Below are positions 28,295 through 35,979 of a stretch of 64,000 nt of DNA, piece after piece; within the stretch, counting starts at the first letter, position 1, and each line of letters opens with the position of its first letter. The notes under the pieces were generated by a model, which was not told the DNA's origin, did not search any database, and saw only the letters and a list, made by a program, of their open reading frames with translations. The stretch is from the IMG/VR virus record IMGVR_UViG_3300050343_000163. One strand, written 5' to 3'. The DNA is from a virus. Position numbers and translations under genes: made by a program.

Positions 28295-28670
28295 CAGTTA
28301 CCTCAAAGAAAATATCTTTTTGTTCAAGTCCGACCTCCTTGAGTTTTTCAGTGTAGTTATCAAGAATATTATTATCTGGATATACAACACTAATAATGTG
28401 TTCCCCACTAATTCTATGTTCTTCTACAGGAGAAAAAGGACACCAACGAGTATAGTTGATAGGGATAGTTCCATTTGTATTAACATCTCCAAGTGACAAA
28501 ACATATGGATATAGCATACGATATCCAACTACTTTTTTATCTTCGTCACGAACATCTCCAAAGAGGCAAAGAACACTCTGACTCGTGGTTAAATTAACAA
28601 TCCTAATATTGTGATTAGTTCTTAGTGGTTGCTGTTCAGTTTGTTCTGTTGATTCAATTTGCTCAGTCAT
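28257..28670 (-). CDS. Hypothetical protein (Sm-like fold candidate)
   Basis: IVNLTTSQSVLC...MLYPY...RWCPFS pattern. Confidence 0.65.
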   Translation of the reverse strand: MTEQIESTEQTEQQPLRTNHNIRIVNLTTSQSVLCLFGDVRDEDKKVVGYRMLYPYVLSLGDVNTNGTIPINYTRWCPFSPVEEHRISGEHIISVVYPDNNILDNYTEKLKEVGLEQKDIFFEVTDGTESEPAEASE

Positions 28671-29014
28671 AATACCTCTGGATTAATAGTTTCACCTTCT
28701 TTCTTTTCTTTAATTTTATTTTCATATGCGTTTTGCAATCCTGGTTCAGGAGTGCTAATTGTCATCACACTATCATATGGAATTTTAAATTGCCAATCTG
28801 GAGTGTAAGGATTCCATTTACTAAACCTGACTTGGTATTCCATACCATGCTGTTCAGTAAGATATTGAGGAGTGCCATCATCAAGGTTTAAGATGTAAGG
28901 TTCTTCCATCAAAAGACAAACACCTTTACGGTCTTCACCTTCTTCATCAAAGATTTCTTTTAACTCAGTAATGATTCGATCTCCCGTTTTCAATGTAACG
29001 ATAGATACTGCCAT
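28667..29014 (-). CDS. Hypothetical protein (Sm-like fold candidate)
   Basis: IVTLKTGDRII...EEPY...KWNPYT pattern. Confidence 0.65.
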   Translation of the reverse strand: MAVSIVTLKTGDRIITELKEIFDEEGEDRKGVCLLMEEPYILNLDDGTPQYLTEQHGMEYQVRFSKWNPYTPDWQFKIPYDSVMTISTPEPGLQNAYENKIKEKKEGETINPEVL

Positions 29015-29034
29015 AGCTATAAGCGTTTAATTTT

Positions 29035-29088
29035 ATTATACCACCAAAAAAAGGAGGAGTCAACCTGTTTGTTGGCAGGTGCTCCTCG
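29035..29088 (-). terminator. hsp20 terminator with embedded sigma70-type promoter
   Basis: GAGGAG-C-ACCTG...CAGGT-TGA-CTCCTC-CTTTTTT. -35 TTGACT (29058-29063), 17 nt spacer, TATAAT (29035-29040). Confidence 0.75.
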
Positions 29089-29107
29089 CGGCGACGATAT
29101 GATTTAT

Positions 29108-29515
29108 TTAGAAGTGTTTTTTACGCTGTTGTTTTTCTGGTAGTTCTTTTTTCAATGTGATTATTAATAGACCATTATTGAATTCTACGGTCTCGACTTC
29201 TACATCGTCTGACATCTGCCAGTTACGTGCAAATGTTCTATATGAAATTCCTTTATGTGCGTAATTTTTTTCTTTATCTGCTGGTGCTTTTTTAGCGGAT
29301 ACTGTTAAGACGTTTCGTTCCGTCTCCACATTTAGATCCTCTTCTGAAAATCCAGCAAGAGCGACCTCCAATATTGTTCTACCACCAGGTCCATTAATGA
29401 CATTGTAAGGAGGGTAGCTTGTTCCTGCTCCAGCAAGAGATTCAAGTCTGTGGAATGTTTCATCGAACCCGAGTGAAAATGGGGAAAGTTGTTGCCATGC
29501 ATAATTGTTAACCAT
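29108..29515 (-). CDS. hsp20: Small heat shock protein
   Basis: YPPYNV, LEVALAGF, HKGISYRTFARNWQM, NGLL. Start at MVNNY after the AAGGA SD. Confidence 0.95.
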   Translation of the reverse strand: MVNNYAWQQLSPFSLGFDETFHRLESLAGAGTSYPPYNVINGPGGRTILEVALAGFSEEDLNVETERNVLTVSAKKAPADKEKNYAHKGISYRTFARNWQMSDDVEVETVEFNNGLLIITLKKELPEKQQRKKHF

Positions 29516-29622
29516 TGTCCTTAAATAAGCGACGTTTATATGTGACCCGTTAGGCATCACACTCCTATTTAACGATAACAGTTTAAACGTTAATAACGGT
29601 TTTCCTTATTAAAAATTGCGGT

Positions 29623-30054
29623 TTACTCTACCTCTTGTTTCTTACGACCGATATTATATTTGGACTCAAGCGTCCATTCACCTTTCTCCTTAAAGGAGAG
29701 AACTTTAATTTGATTGAGTGGTGCTAGGTCAGCAATTTTTTCCTGACTCTCTGTATTAATATTAACCAATCCCCAGTCAACTAAAAGTTGAACGATACGG
29801 TTACGACGTTGTGCATCATTCAAAGAAAAATTTGTGTTCTTGCCATCAAGGGCAAACAACTCTTTGAAGTGTACAATAAAATATCTTCCTTGCTTATGGA
29901 GAATGTGGCAGGATTGATAAATCTTTTTTTCTTTACGTGATGCAACACCAATCCTTGTTAATGTTTCTCTCACTTTTAAAAAATCATCTGGTTCATTTAG
30001 GACGACTTCAACCATATCGGTTTGTCTCCATTGAATCTCAATTTCACCGCTCAT
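29623..30054 (-). CDS. regA: Translational repressor RegA
   Basis: DDFLKVRETLTRIGVAS...CHILHKQGRYFIVHFKELFALDG. Confidence 0.97.
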   Translation of the reverse strand: MSGEIEIQWRQTDMVEVVLNEPDDFLKVRETLTRIGVASRKEKKIYQSCHILHKQGRYFIVHFKELFALDGKNTNFSLNDAQRRNRIVQLLVDWGLVNINTESQEKIADLAPLNQIKVLSFKEKGEWTLESKYNIGRKKQEVE

Positions 30055-30433
30055 GTTTACCACCTTTACTCAATGCTTTTGTAATATGATTTAATTGATC
30101 CTTGGTGAGAATTCTAAGAGCTTGTAGAGCTTTATCGTCATTATAACCATAATACTCTTTTACTAACTCAAGATAGTCAATAGAATCTTTTCGTGCCCAA
30201 GGAGAAAAACGTTTCCTAGGTTTCACACTATTTAGTAAAAAATCATACTGTAACTTCTTTGGTAGATGAGGATTCTTATTCAGTTCATTGACATAAAGAA
30301 TAGTATCAGTAAAAGAAGACAGACATCTGTTAACAATATATGGGGGATACTTTCTCTCAGCATCTATATCGTCATCAAGAATATTCTTTTTGGATTGGTT
30401 GATTGAGTAGAGATAGTCTTTCAGTTGGTACAT
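30044..30433 (-). CDS. g62: Clamp loader small subunit (gp62)
   Basis: YPPYIVNRCLS...QYDFLLN...KEYYGYN. Confidence 0.92.
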   Translation of the reverse strand: MYQLKDYLYSINQSKKNILDDDIDAERKYPPYIVNRCLSSFTDTILYVNELNKNPHLPKKLQYDFLLNSVKPRKRFSPWARKDSIDYLELVKEYYGYNDDKALQALRILTKDQLNHITKALSKGGKHER

Positions 30434-30599
30434 TGTCGTTCCAGTGTCTTACGTTTCCAGCGATGATAAAACAGTTAGTAATTAATAACTGAGTAAAAAT
30501 GATAGTTCTAATGGTGCATATGATATTATCATATCTCTTAGTTTTATTATCATTGAATGATCCTAAGGAGTATTTCCAGATCTTCCAAAGTTCTTTCAT
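30375..30599 (-). CDS. Hypothetical protein
   Basis: MKELWKIWKYSLGSFND...; overlaps the g62 start. Confidence 0.55.
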   Translation of the reverse strand: MKELWKIWKYSLGSFNDNKTKRYDNIICTIRTIIFTQLLITNCFIIAGNVRHWNDNVPTERLSLLNQPIQKEYS

Positions 30600-30602
30600 A
30601 GA

Positions 30603-30746
30603 TCATTTAAATGTTGCAGTGACGCCCACTACAGTACAACCAGGATTACGAGCAAGAGCGACCTTGCGAGCATCTTGATAATCAACAGCGATCACCTCTT
30701 CCTTGAAGACGGTGCCTGCTTTGTATAGGGTGACTTCACACTTCAT
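30603..30746 (-). CDS. Small hypothetical protein (47 aa)
   Basis: MKCEVTLYKAGTVFKEEVIAVDYQDARKVALARNPG...; read by eye. Confidence 0.65.
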   Translation of the reverse strand: MKCEVTLYKAGTVFKEEVIAVDYQDARKVALARNPGCTVVGVTATFK

Positions 30747-31575
30747 AATTAAAAAGGACTAGTTCCTTACGAGCTGCTTGATCTGTATTATAACTCCCCA
30801 CGCTCCTCATGGTGTAAGTGTGTGCAAATTCAGCAGCTGTCCACTCATCGAAACGATCTCTGATAAGTTGTGATGAATTATAAGACACAAGTTGTGGACC
30901 AATAAATCGATCACACTTGACAGCAAAATGATCATGGTTAAAACCACTATGCATATTACCTTTCTTACCATAGAGATTAGAACCAATCTCATAAGGAGGA
31001 TCTAGATAAGTGAAAGCATTCTTATCATCAGTAAGAAGTTGTTCGTAACTGAGGTTAGTGATCTCCCACTTAGAAATCATTCCTGAATATTCAGGGAGTT
31101 TATCAATGCCTCGCATCGAGAAATTGCTATCTGACGCTTGCTTGCTGAAGGAACTGGATTCAGTGAGACCAGAGAAAGAGCACTTATTAACAATATAAAA
31201 ACACACAGCAGCAGATAGGTTGGATGTTGAATCATCGTTTAGTTTCTCCTTAGCTTCTAGAAATAATAGTTTTGCTGATACTGGTTCTGGGTGACGATTC
31301 TTGAGTTGGACTAACTGGTCACGAAGTTCTTGTCCTTGATCTTGAAGCACTCGCCAAAAGTTATAGAGTGGTCCATACAAATCGTTTACCCAGATGTTTA
31401 GGTGTGGATACCTTTTGCCAATTTCTAATGCTACAGATCCACCACCAACAAATGGTTCACGATACTCAGTGTAATCTTTCAGGTTAGGAATGTACTGAAA
31501 GAGTTTACTCAGGGCACGACTCTTCCCGCCTGGATACCTGAGGGGTGTCTTCAATGACTTCAATGTCTGGGGCAT
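30736..31575 (-). CDS. dam: DNA adenine methyltransferase (Dam, D12 class)
   Basis: LRYPGGKS, EPFVGGGSV, YLDPPY. Confidence 0.92.
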   Translation of the reverse strand: MPQTLKSLKTPLRYPGGKSRALSKLFQYIPNLKDYTEYREPFVGGGSVALEIGKRYPHLNIWVNDLYGPLYNFWRVLQDQGQELRDQLVQLKNRHPEPVSAKLLFLEAKEKLNDDSTSNLSAAVCFYIVNKCSFSGLTESSSFSKQASDSNFSMRGIDKLPEYSGMISKWEITNLSYEQLLTDDKNAFTYLDPPYEIGSNLYGKKGNMHSGFNHDHFAVKCDRFIGPQLVSYNSSQLIRDRFDEWTAAEFAHTYTMRSVGSYNTDQAARKELVLFNYEV

Positions 31576-31762
31576 GGTATTTAAGGTATTCGCGAAAGAT
31601 CATTTTCATTTCACGCTCTGTCATTCCACAATGAGCAGCAGCGTGGGGTAGGTTCATTGTAGCATGAAACAATGCTTCATTTGCTTCCTGAACATTTTCT
31701 GGTGTTGTTTTGACTTTGGATGTATGCCCAGTGTCTTGCTGATTCGTTTTCAAGTCTTTCAA
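31505..31762 (-). CDS. Hypothetical protein (HTH-like)
   Basis: MNLPHAAAHCGMTEREMK helix-turn-helix-like segment. Confidence 0.55.
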   Translation of the reverse strand: MKDLKTNQQDTGHTSKVKTTPENVQEANEALFHATMNLPHAAAHCGMTEREMKMIFREYLKYHAPDIEVIEDTPQVSRREESCPE

Positions 31763-31820
31763 TCATTTCCTCCATCATTAATTGTTTAGGTTCTTTTTCA
31801 ATAAATTTGAGTAGTGTCAT
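31677..31820 (-). CDS. Small hypothetical protein (47 aa)
   Basis: ATGA-coupled to the g44 stop; read by eye. Confidence 0.45.
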   Translation of the reverse strand: MTLLKFIEKEPKQLMMEEMIERLENESARHWAYIQSQNNTRKCSGSK

Positions 31821-32761
31821 TTGAATTCACAACCCATCATGATCTCTGTTAAACATGCTAACAGGTTGATCTCTTGATCAGGAACAATAGGAATACTGTT
31901 CATGTATTTGGCGATGATAAGAACTGCTTCAGGAATAGAAGCAGGTTTCAATACAACATACAAGCTATCGTAAACTTTACGCATCACCATTGTAGGATCG
32001 TTGTCCATATTCTGAACAACCCAATTCTTAACATCAGTAAACTTTTTCTTCTTCAAGGACGAAAGTAAAGTGTCAAGATTGACATCAGCAACATCCACAA
32101 GAATAGCAGACGTAATAGCACCAGTAGCGGCATAGCGTTGGCACTCATTAATAAGACGCCTCCAGTCAGGATAATAACGCTTAGTAATTTTAGCGAGAAC
32201 TTTGTCTTCATACTCTACATTCTCGTTAGTAAGAATAGTTTTCAAACGGGTAAAGAACTGACCCTGCAAAGCTACTGCTTGTTCAGGTTTGATTCTAAAA
32301 TCAACAACAGTGCATCGAGAATGCAACGGTTCAATAATCTTGTTAATGAAGTTGCATGTGAAGATGAAACGACAGTTTCCATGAAACTCCTCTACAGCGG
32401 TCCTCAAGGACAACTGAACATCGTTAGTTGTGTTGTCTGCCTCATCGATGATAACGACCTTATGAGACGCTCCAGAGGTCAGAGAGACAGTAGTAGCAAA
32501 CTGACGGACTCTGTTCCTCACAGTGTCTAGGAAGCGTCCCTCATCAGATCCATTGATCACGATGTAAGAAGCACCAATCTCTTCACACAGCGCCTTAGCA
32601 ATGGTTGTCTTGCCCACGCCAGCAGTGCCATTCAACAGCAGGTTAGGAAGCTCTCCTTGATTGACGAAACCCTGAAACACTTCTTTGGTGTTAGCAGGAA
32701 GGATACAATCTTCAACAATGTTTGGGCGGTATTTCTCCACCCACAAAAACTCTTTGCTCAT
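31817..32761 (-). CDS. g44: Clamp loader large subunit (gp44)
   Basis: WVEKYRP, GTAGVGKTT, IIDEAD, LHSRC. Confidence 0.97.
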   Translation of the reverse strand: MSKEFLWVEKYRPNIVEDCILPANTKEVFQGFVNQGELPNLLLNGTAGVGKTTIAKALCEEIGASYIVINGSDEGRFLDTVRNRVRQFATTVSLTSGASHKVVIIDEADNTTNDVQLSLRTAVEEFHGNCRFIFTCNFINKIIEPLHSRCTVVDFRIKPEQAVALQGQFFTRLKTILTNENVEYEDKVLAKITKRYYPDWRRLINECQRYAATGAITSAILVDVADVNLDTLLSSLKKKKFTDVKNWVVQNMDNDPTMVMRKVYDSLYVVLKPASIPEAVLIIAKYMNSIPIVPDQEINLLACLTEIMMGCEFK

Positions 32762-32767
32762 AATAAA

Positions 32768-32971
32768 TTATTCAAAAATAGGAAGGATGCGTTGTCTCAT
32801 TTCTTTGAGTTGTTCTAAGTCATTCCCATACTCACCCATGTTCATGTAAACACAATCAATATAGCGTAAATCGTTACGCTGTGCATCTAGAGTAAAGGAA
32901 TCGCAATACTCAAGAATCTCATATGGTACATCAACTTGCCTGTCATAATCAATAGTCACAATCAAATCCAA
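32768..32971 (-). CDS. Hypothetical protein
   Basis: 67 aa ORF in the operon. Confidence 0.6.
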   Translation of the reverse strand: MDLIVTIDYDRQVDVPYEILEYCDSFTLDAQRNDLRYIDCVYMNMGEYGNDLEQLKEMRQRILPIFE

Positions 32972-33471
32972 TCAGGTTTACGTTCTGGAGCACGAAGATA
33001 GTTGGTAGCTACCCAAGGTTTAGATGCAATATACATTTTGTACTTGCTGTAGATGTCAACAGTATCATACTTGAATTCATCAGGACCTGCAAAGACAAAA
33101 GGTGTATGCATAGTATTGTCTGCTGATGGTAAGAGATGTGTTATCTCTAGTAGTGGTTTAGAACAAGAATGAACTTTACCGTATCTGTGTGTGTACTCAG
33201 CACATAGAGAAAGACCATGTGTAAGTAACCACCATGCATTTGCTAGAGAATCATTTGCCCAGATAGTGCAAGGATGATTACGGAATGCACCTTTCTCTGT
33301 CTTGTATGGTTGACCATCGTTACGATGTATTTTACCGTAGCTATGACCCCACTCTTCAGAGCAAACAATAGAAAGCATTTGACATGTTTCTAATGGCATC
33401 TTGACAACGTGTTTGTCAGGCAAGCACTGTGCTGAGATAGTGGGATCAGGGTCTGTTACAAATATGTTCAT
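32962..33471 (-). CDS. Pyrimidine-dimer DNA glycosylase-like protein
   Basis: MNIFV.D.DP..SA..L.DKHVVKM.LE.CQMLS, NHPCTIWA, YGKVH.C signature. Confidence 0.75.
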   Translation of the reverse strand: MNIFVTDPDPTISAQCLPDKHVVKMPLETCQMLSIVCSEEWGHSYGKIHRNDGQPYKTEKGAFRNHPCTIWANDSLANAWWLLTHGLSLCAEYTHRYGKVHSCSKPLLEITHLLPSADNTMHTPFVFAGPDEFKYDTVDIYSKYKMYIASKPWVATNYLRAPERKPDWI

Positions 33472-33677
33472 AGCAAATGTGATATAGAAATCACTAGGAG
33501 GAATGTAATCATAATAACTACATCCCAAGATTTTGTCCTTACGAAGTAAGGAATTGAAATACTATCACCCACTAGTTGTAATGCAACACCAAATGTTGTA
33601 TTGATATGAAGGATAGTAAAGTAAGCAATAATCACAAGACCACTGCCCAACACTCTCATTGGAACAGTAACGTTCAA
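33468..33677 (-). CDS. Small membrane protein
   Basis: Three short hydrophobic segments, ATGA-coupled. Confidence 0.65.
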   Translation of the reverse strand: MNVTVPMRVLGSGLVIIAYFTILHINTTFGVALQLVGDSISIPYFVRTKSWDVVIMITFLLVISISHLL

Positions 33678-34348
33678 TTGGGTTCAAGAGCAATGTAGTA
33701 TGTAAGGTCAACATCATTATTAATCCACTCGGAAATTAGATGCTGAGATACCTTAACAGTATAGTCACCTGGTAGAACACGAATGTTTTCAATCTTGAGA
33801 TCAAGACTAAAGGTGCCAGTAGCACAACCTGCCACAGTGATATCGTAAGTATTACTGGTATCATTTTCTTTGTCCCTGAGGATAAGTTTGATTTCTTCAG
33901 ACTCCTTCTCAGAATAGAAAGTAAGATCTGGCAAACTGTAAACAGCAGATGCTTTTTGCAAAGCTACAAGATCATCAGAAGAAAGATTAAACTCTACATC
34001 AGAACCAGGAAACTTTACATTTTTTTCTGGAGCAGACTTGAGCGTAATTTCAGGATCCGAAAAATAATACTTAGCAGACTGACGACCGCCACGGATAGAA
34101 ACAAAATCGCTAGATGTGAATTCCAGTTGAGGATCGTTAAACAGAGAAATACCGCTAAGGAACTGACTGAGATCATAAATTGCGAAGTCACTAGGAAATA
34201 CTTCTTCGCCAGTGAATTTTGCCAGAATGTTTTCTGCATTGCTAATGGTTCGTACTGTGCTCCCTTGACGAAATACGATTGACGAATTGATCGTAGAAAA
34301 ATTCTTAAGGACATCTAGAGTTTTTCTGGAAAGGATAACTTTGCTCAT
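33674..34348 (-). CDS. g45: Sliding clamp (gp45)
   Basis: LKNFSTINSSI, FAIYDLSQFLS, YYFSDP, YYIALEP. Confidence 0.97.
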   Translation of the reverse strand: MSKVILSRKTLDVLKNFSTINSSIVFRQGSTVRTISNAENILAKFTGEEVFPSDFAIYDLSQFLSGISLFNDPQLEFTSSDFVSIRGGRQSAKYYFSDPEITLKSAPEKNVKFPGSDVEFNLSSDDLVALQKASAVYSLPDLTFYSEKESEEIKLILRDKENDTSNTYDITVAGCATGTFSLDLKIENIRVLPGDYTVKVSQHLISEWINNDVDLTYYIALEPN

Positions 34349-34641
34349 TGAGGATAGGATTCAGTAATGTTTGATTTGTCAGAGAAGTGAAGAAGGAGTA
34401 GACCGTAGTGTAAGATCTTAATGATATCACGACGGGCAGTGCCTTTCTTGTCATAGCGTGAAGCGTACTTGAGGATGTTGCAACGGCAGAATGCCTCAGC
34501 GTCTCCACATGCTTCAATCAAGTCTAACGTTTGAATGGCATCGTTGCCAGCAGAATAGTGTTGTCCATAGGTTCCTGTAATGTAATCACGTAGCTCTGCT
34601 AACAGAGCTTCTTCATTATATTTTAAACTCATCGTTCCCAA
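34345..34641 (-). CDS. DUF3310-like protein
   Basis: HYS...QTLDLI...FCRCNILKYASRYDKKG...DIIKILHY. Confidence 0.7.
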   Translation of the reverse strand: MGTMSLKYNEEALLAELRDYITGTYGQHYSAGNDAIQTLDLIEACGDAEAFCRCNILKYASRYDKKGTARRDIIKILHYGLLLLHFSDKSNITESYPQ

Positions 34642-34811
34642 ATATATTCAATATTATCATGGTAGCATTTAAATACGCTGCCGTCAATCCCCTGCATATA
34701 GAGTTCTATACCTTTGCCACCTACAATTTTAGCGGTACGGCACTGGGTGCCTCGCAAAATTACGAGACGACCCATGTAACCATGGAATTTATCAGAAAGA
34801 GACATCGCCAT
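34629..34811 (-). CDS. Small hypothetical protein
   Basis: MAMSLSDKFHGY...; GAGGAGG SD. Confidence 0.6.
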   Translation of the reverse strand: MAMSLSDKFHGYMGRLVILRGTQCRTAKIVGGKGIELYMQGIDGSVFKCYHDNIEYIWER

Positions 34812-35895
34812 CTTGTTCCTCCTCTTCAGTTTGAATGTCAGCATCAATCTTATCATACAATTCGATGAATGACTGTTTAGTCTCATCATCAAAACGGTTC
34901 ACGCAAACTTTGATAGCTTTCATACGGTTCTGCCAGATAGCAAATGCACGAATGATGTGAACGAGTCTACGAGTAGAGATTACCTCATCAATACCACCGT
35001 CTTTGAAAGTCTTACGGATAATGTCTGCCCAGTTGGCAAGGTTAGTACAGAACTCTTCATCAAGAACACCTAGGTTACCTGCTGCTTTCTGAAGAATTTT
35101 AGTTTCAGTAACAGGAGAAGGATACTCTTGCTCAAAAGTCAAAGCAAATCTCTCAAGGAATGCTTCATTCAATACGTTAGTACCGATGAACCTACCGTCT
35201 TCAGATCCCTTACCCTTAGTATTAGCAGTAGCAATGATGTTAAATCCTGATGTTGGTTTTACATAACGACCAGTCTTCTTAAGGAATACACCTTTGCCTT
35301 CTAGAACAGATTGCAAGCAGAGGATTTTGTTAGACGCAAGGTCAACTTCATCTAGAAGCAACACAGCTCCACGTTCCAAAGCTTCGATGACAGGACCATT
35401 ATGCCAAGCAGTTTCGCCGTTAACAAGACGGAACCCACCAATAAGATCGTCCTCGTCAGTTTCAATGGTAATGTTTACCCGAATCAGTTCCCTATTTAGA
35501 GCAGCACATGCTTGCTCAACAGAGAAAGTCTTACCGTTTCCTGACAATCCAGTAATGAATGTAGGGTAGAACAATTTAGATTGGATAATTTTCTTTACAT
35601 CAGTAAAGTTACCAAAAGGAATAAAATTAGGATCCTTATCAGGAATAAGGTTTTGCTCTAGAGCAGGAATAGCTGCAGGTGCTTGATAAGTTTGCTCAAG
35701 TTTTTCTTGAACCGTCAGGTTCCACTTACCAATACCTTGCTTATAAGTTTTGAGTCTCTTTTTAACAGTAGCGAGAGAGCAGTTGAAATGCTCAGATGCT
35801 TCAAACAATTGCTTGGTGTTTACCTCAGTACCAACTTTATCAGAAAGGTAAGTAACGAGGTCTTCAGTTGAAACTGGAACAGGAGCGAAAGGCAT
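34792..35895 (-). CDS. cobS: MoxR/CobS-like AAA+ ATPase
   Basis: GLSGNGKT, ETDEDDLIGG, LLDEVD, ATAN, NEAFLERF, ISTRRL. Confidence 0.9.
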   Translation of the reverse strand: MPFAPVPVSTEDLVTYLSDKVGTEVNTKQLFEASEHFNCSLATVKKRLKTYKQGIGKWNLTVQEKLEQTYQAPAAIPALEQNLIPDKDPNFIPFGNFTDVKKIIQSKLFYPTFITGLSGNGKTFSVEQACAALNRELIRVNITIETDEDDLIGGFRLVNGETAWHNGPVIEALERGAVLLLDEVDLASNKILCLQSVLEGKGVFLKKTGRYVKPTSGFNIIATANTKGKGSEDGRFIGTNVLNEAFLERFALTFEQEYPSPVTETKILQKAAGNLGVLDEEFCTNLANWADIIRKTFKDGGIDEVISTRRLVHIIRAFAIWQNRMKAIKVCVNRFDDETKQSFIELYDKIDADIQTEEEEQDGDVSF

Positions 35896-35920
35896 GATGT
35901 GTTTTGTTGTCTATGAATAT

Positions 35921-35979
35921 AGTATAGGGTATGGAGGGGTCACTGACGACCCCATGTGTACCAGTTTGTCAACTGACAT
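35921..35979 (-). promoter_or_regulatory. Promoter with GGGGTC/GACCCC hairpin and upstream dyad motif
   Basis: -10 TATACT (35921-35926). Hairpin 35936-35953 with a TCGTCA -35 candidate at 17 nt spacing. Dyad GTCAGTT-GACA-AACTGGTAC at 35956-35979. Confidence 0.6.

Noticed and set aside
30736-31575. dam as a novel finding
   Set aside because: Orphan Dam methylases are routine in T4-like cyanophages, and no cognate nuclease is adjacent.
34792-35895. Cobalamin biosynthesis auxiliary gene (cobS)
   Set aside because: Only generic MoxR AAA+ motifs are present, paired with a vWA-peptidase. No other cob genes are nearby.
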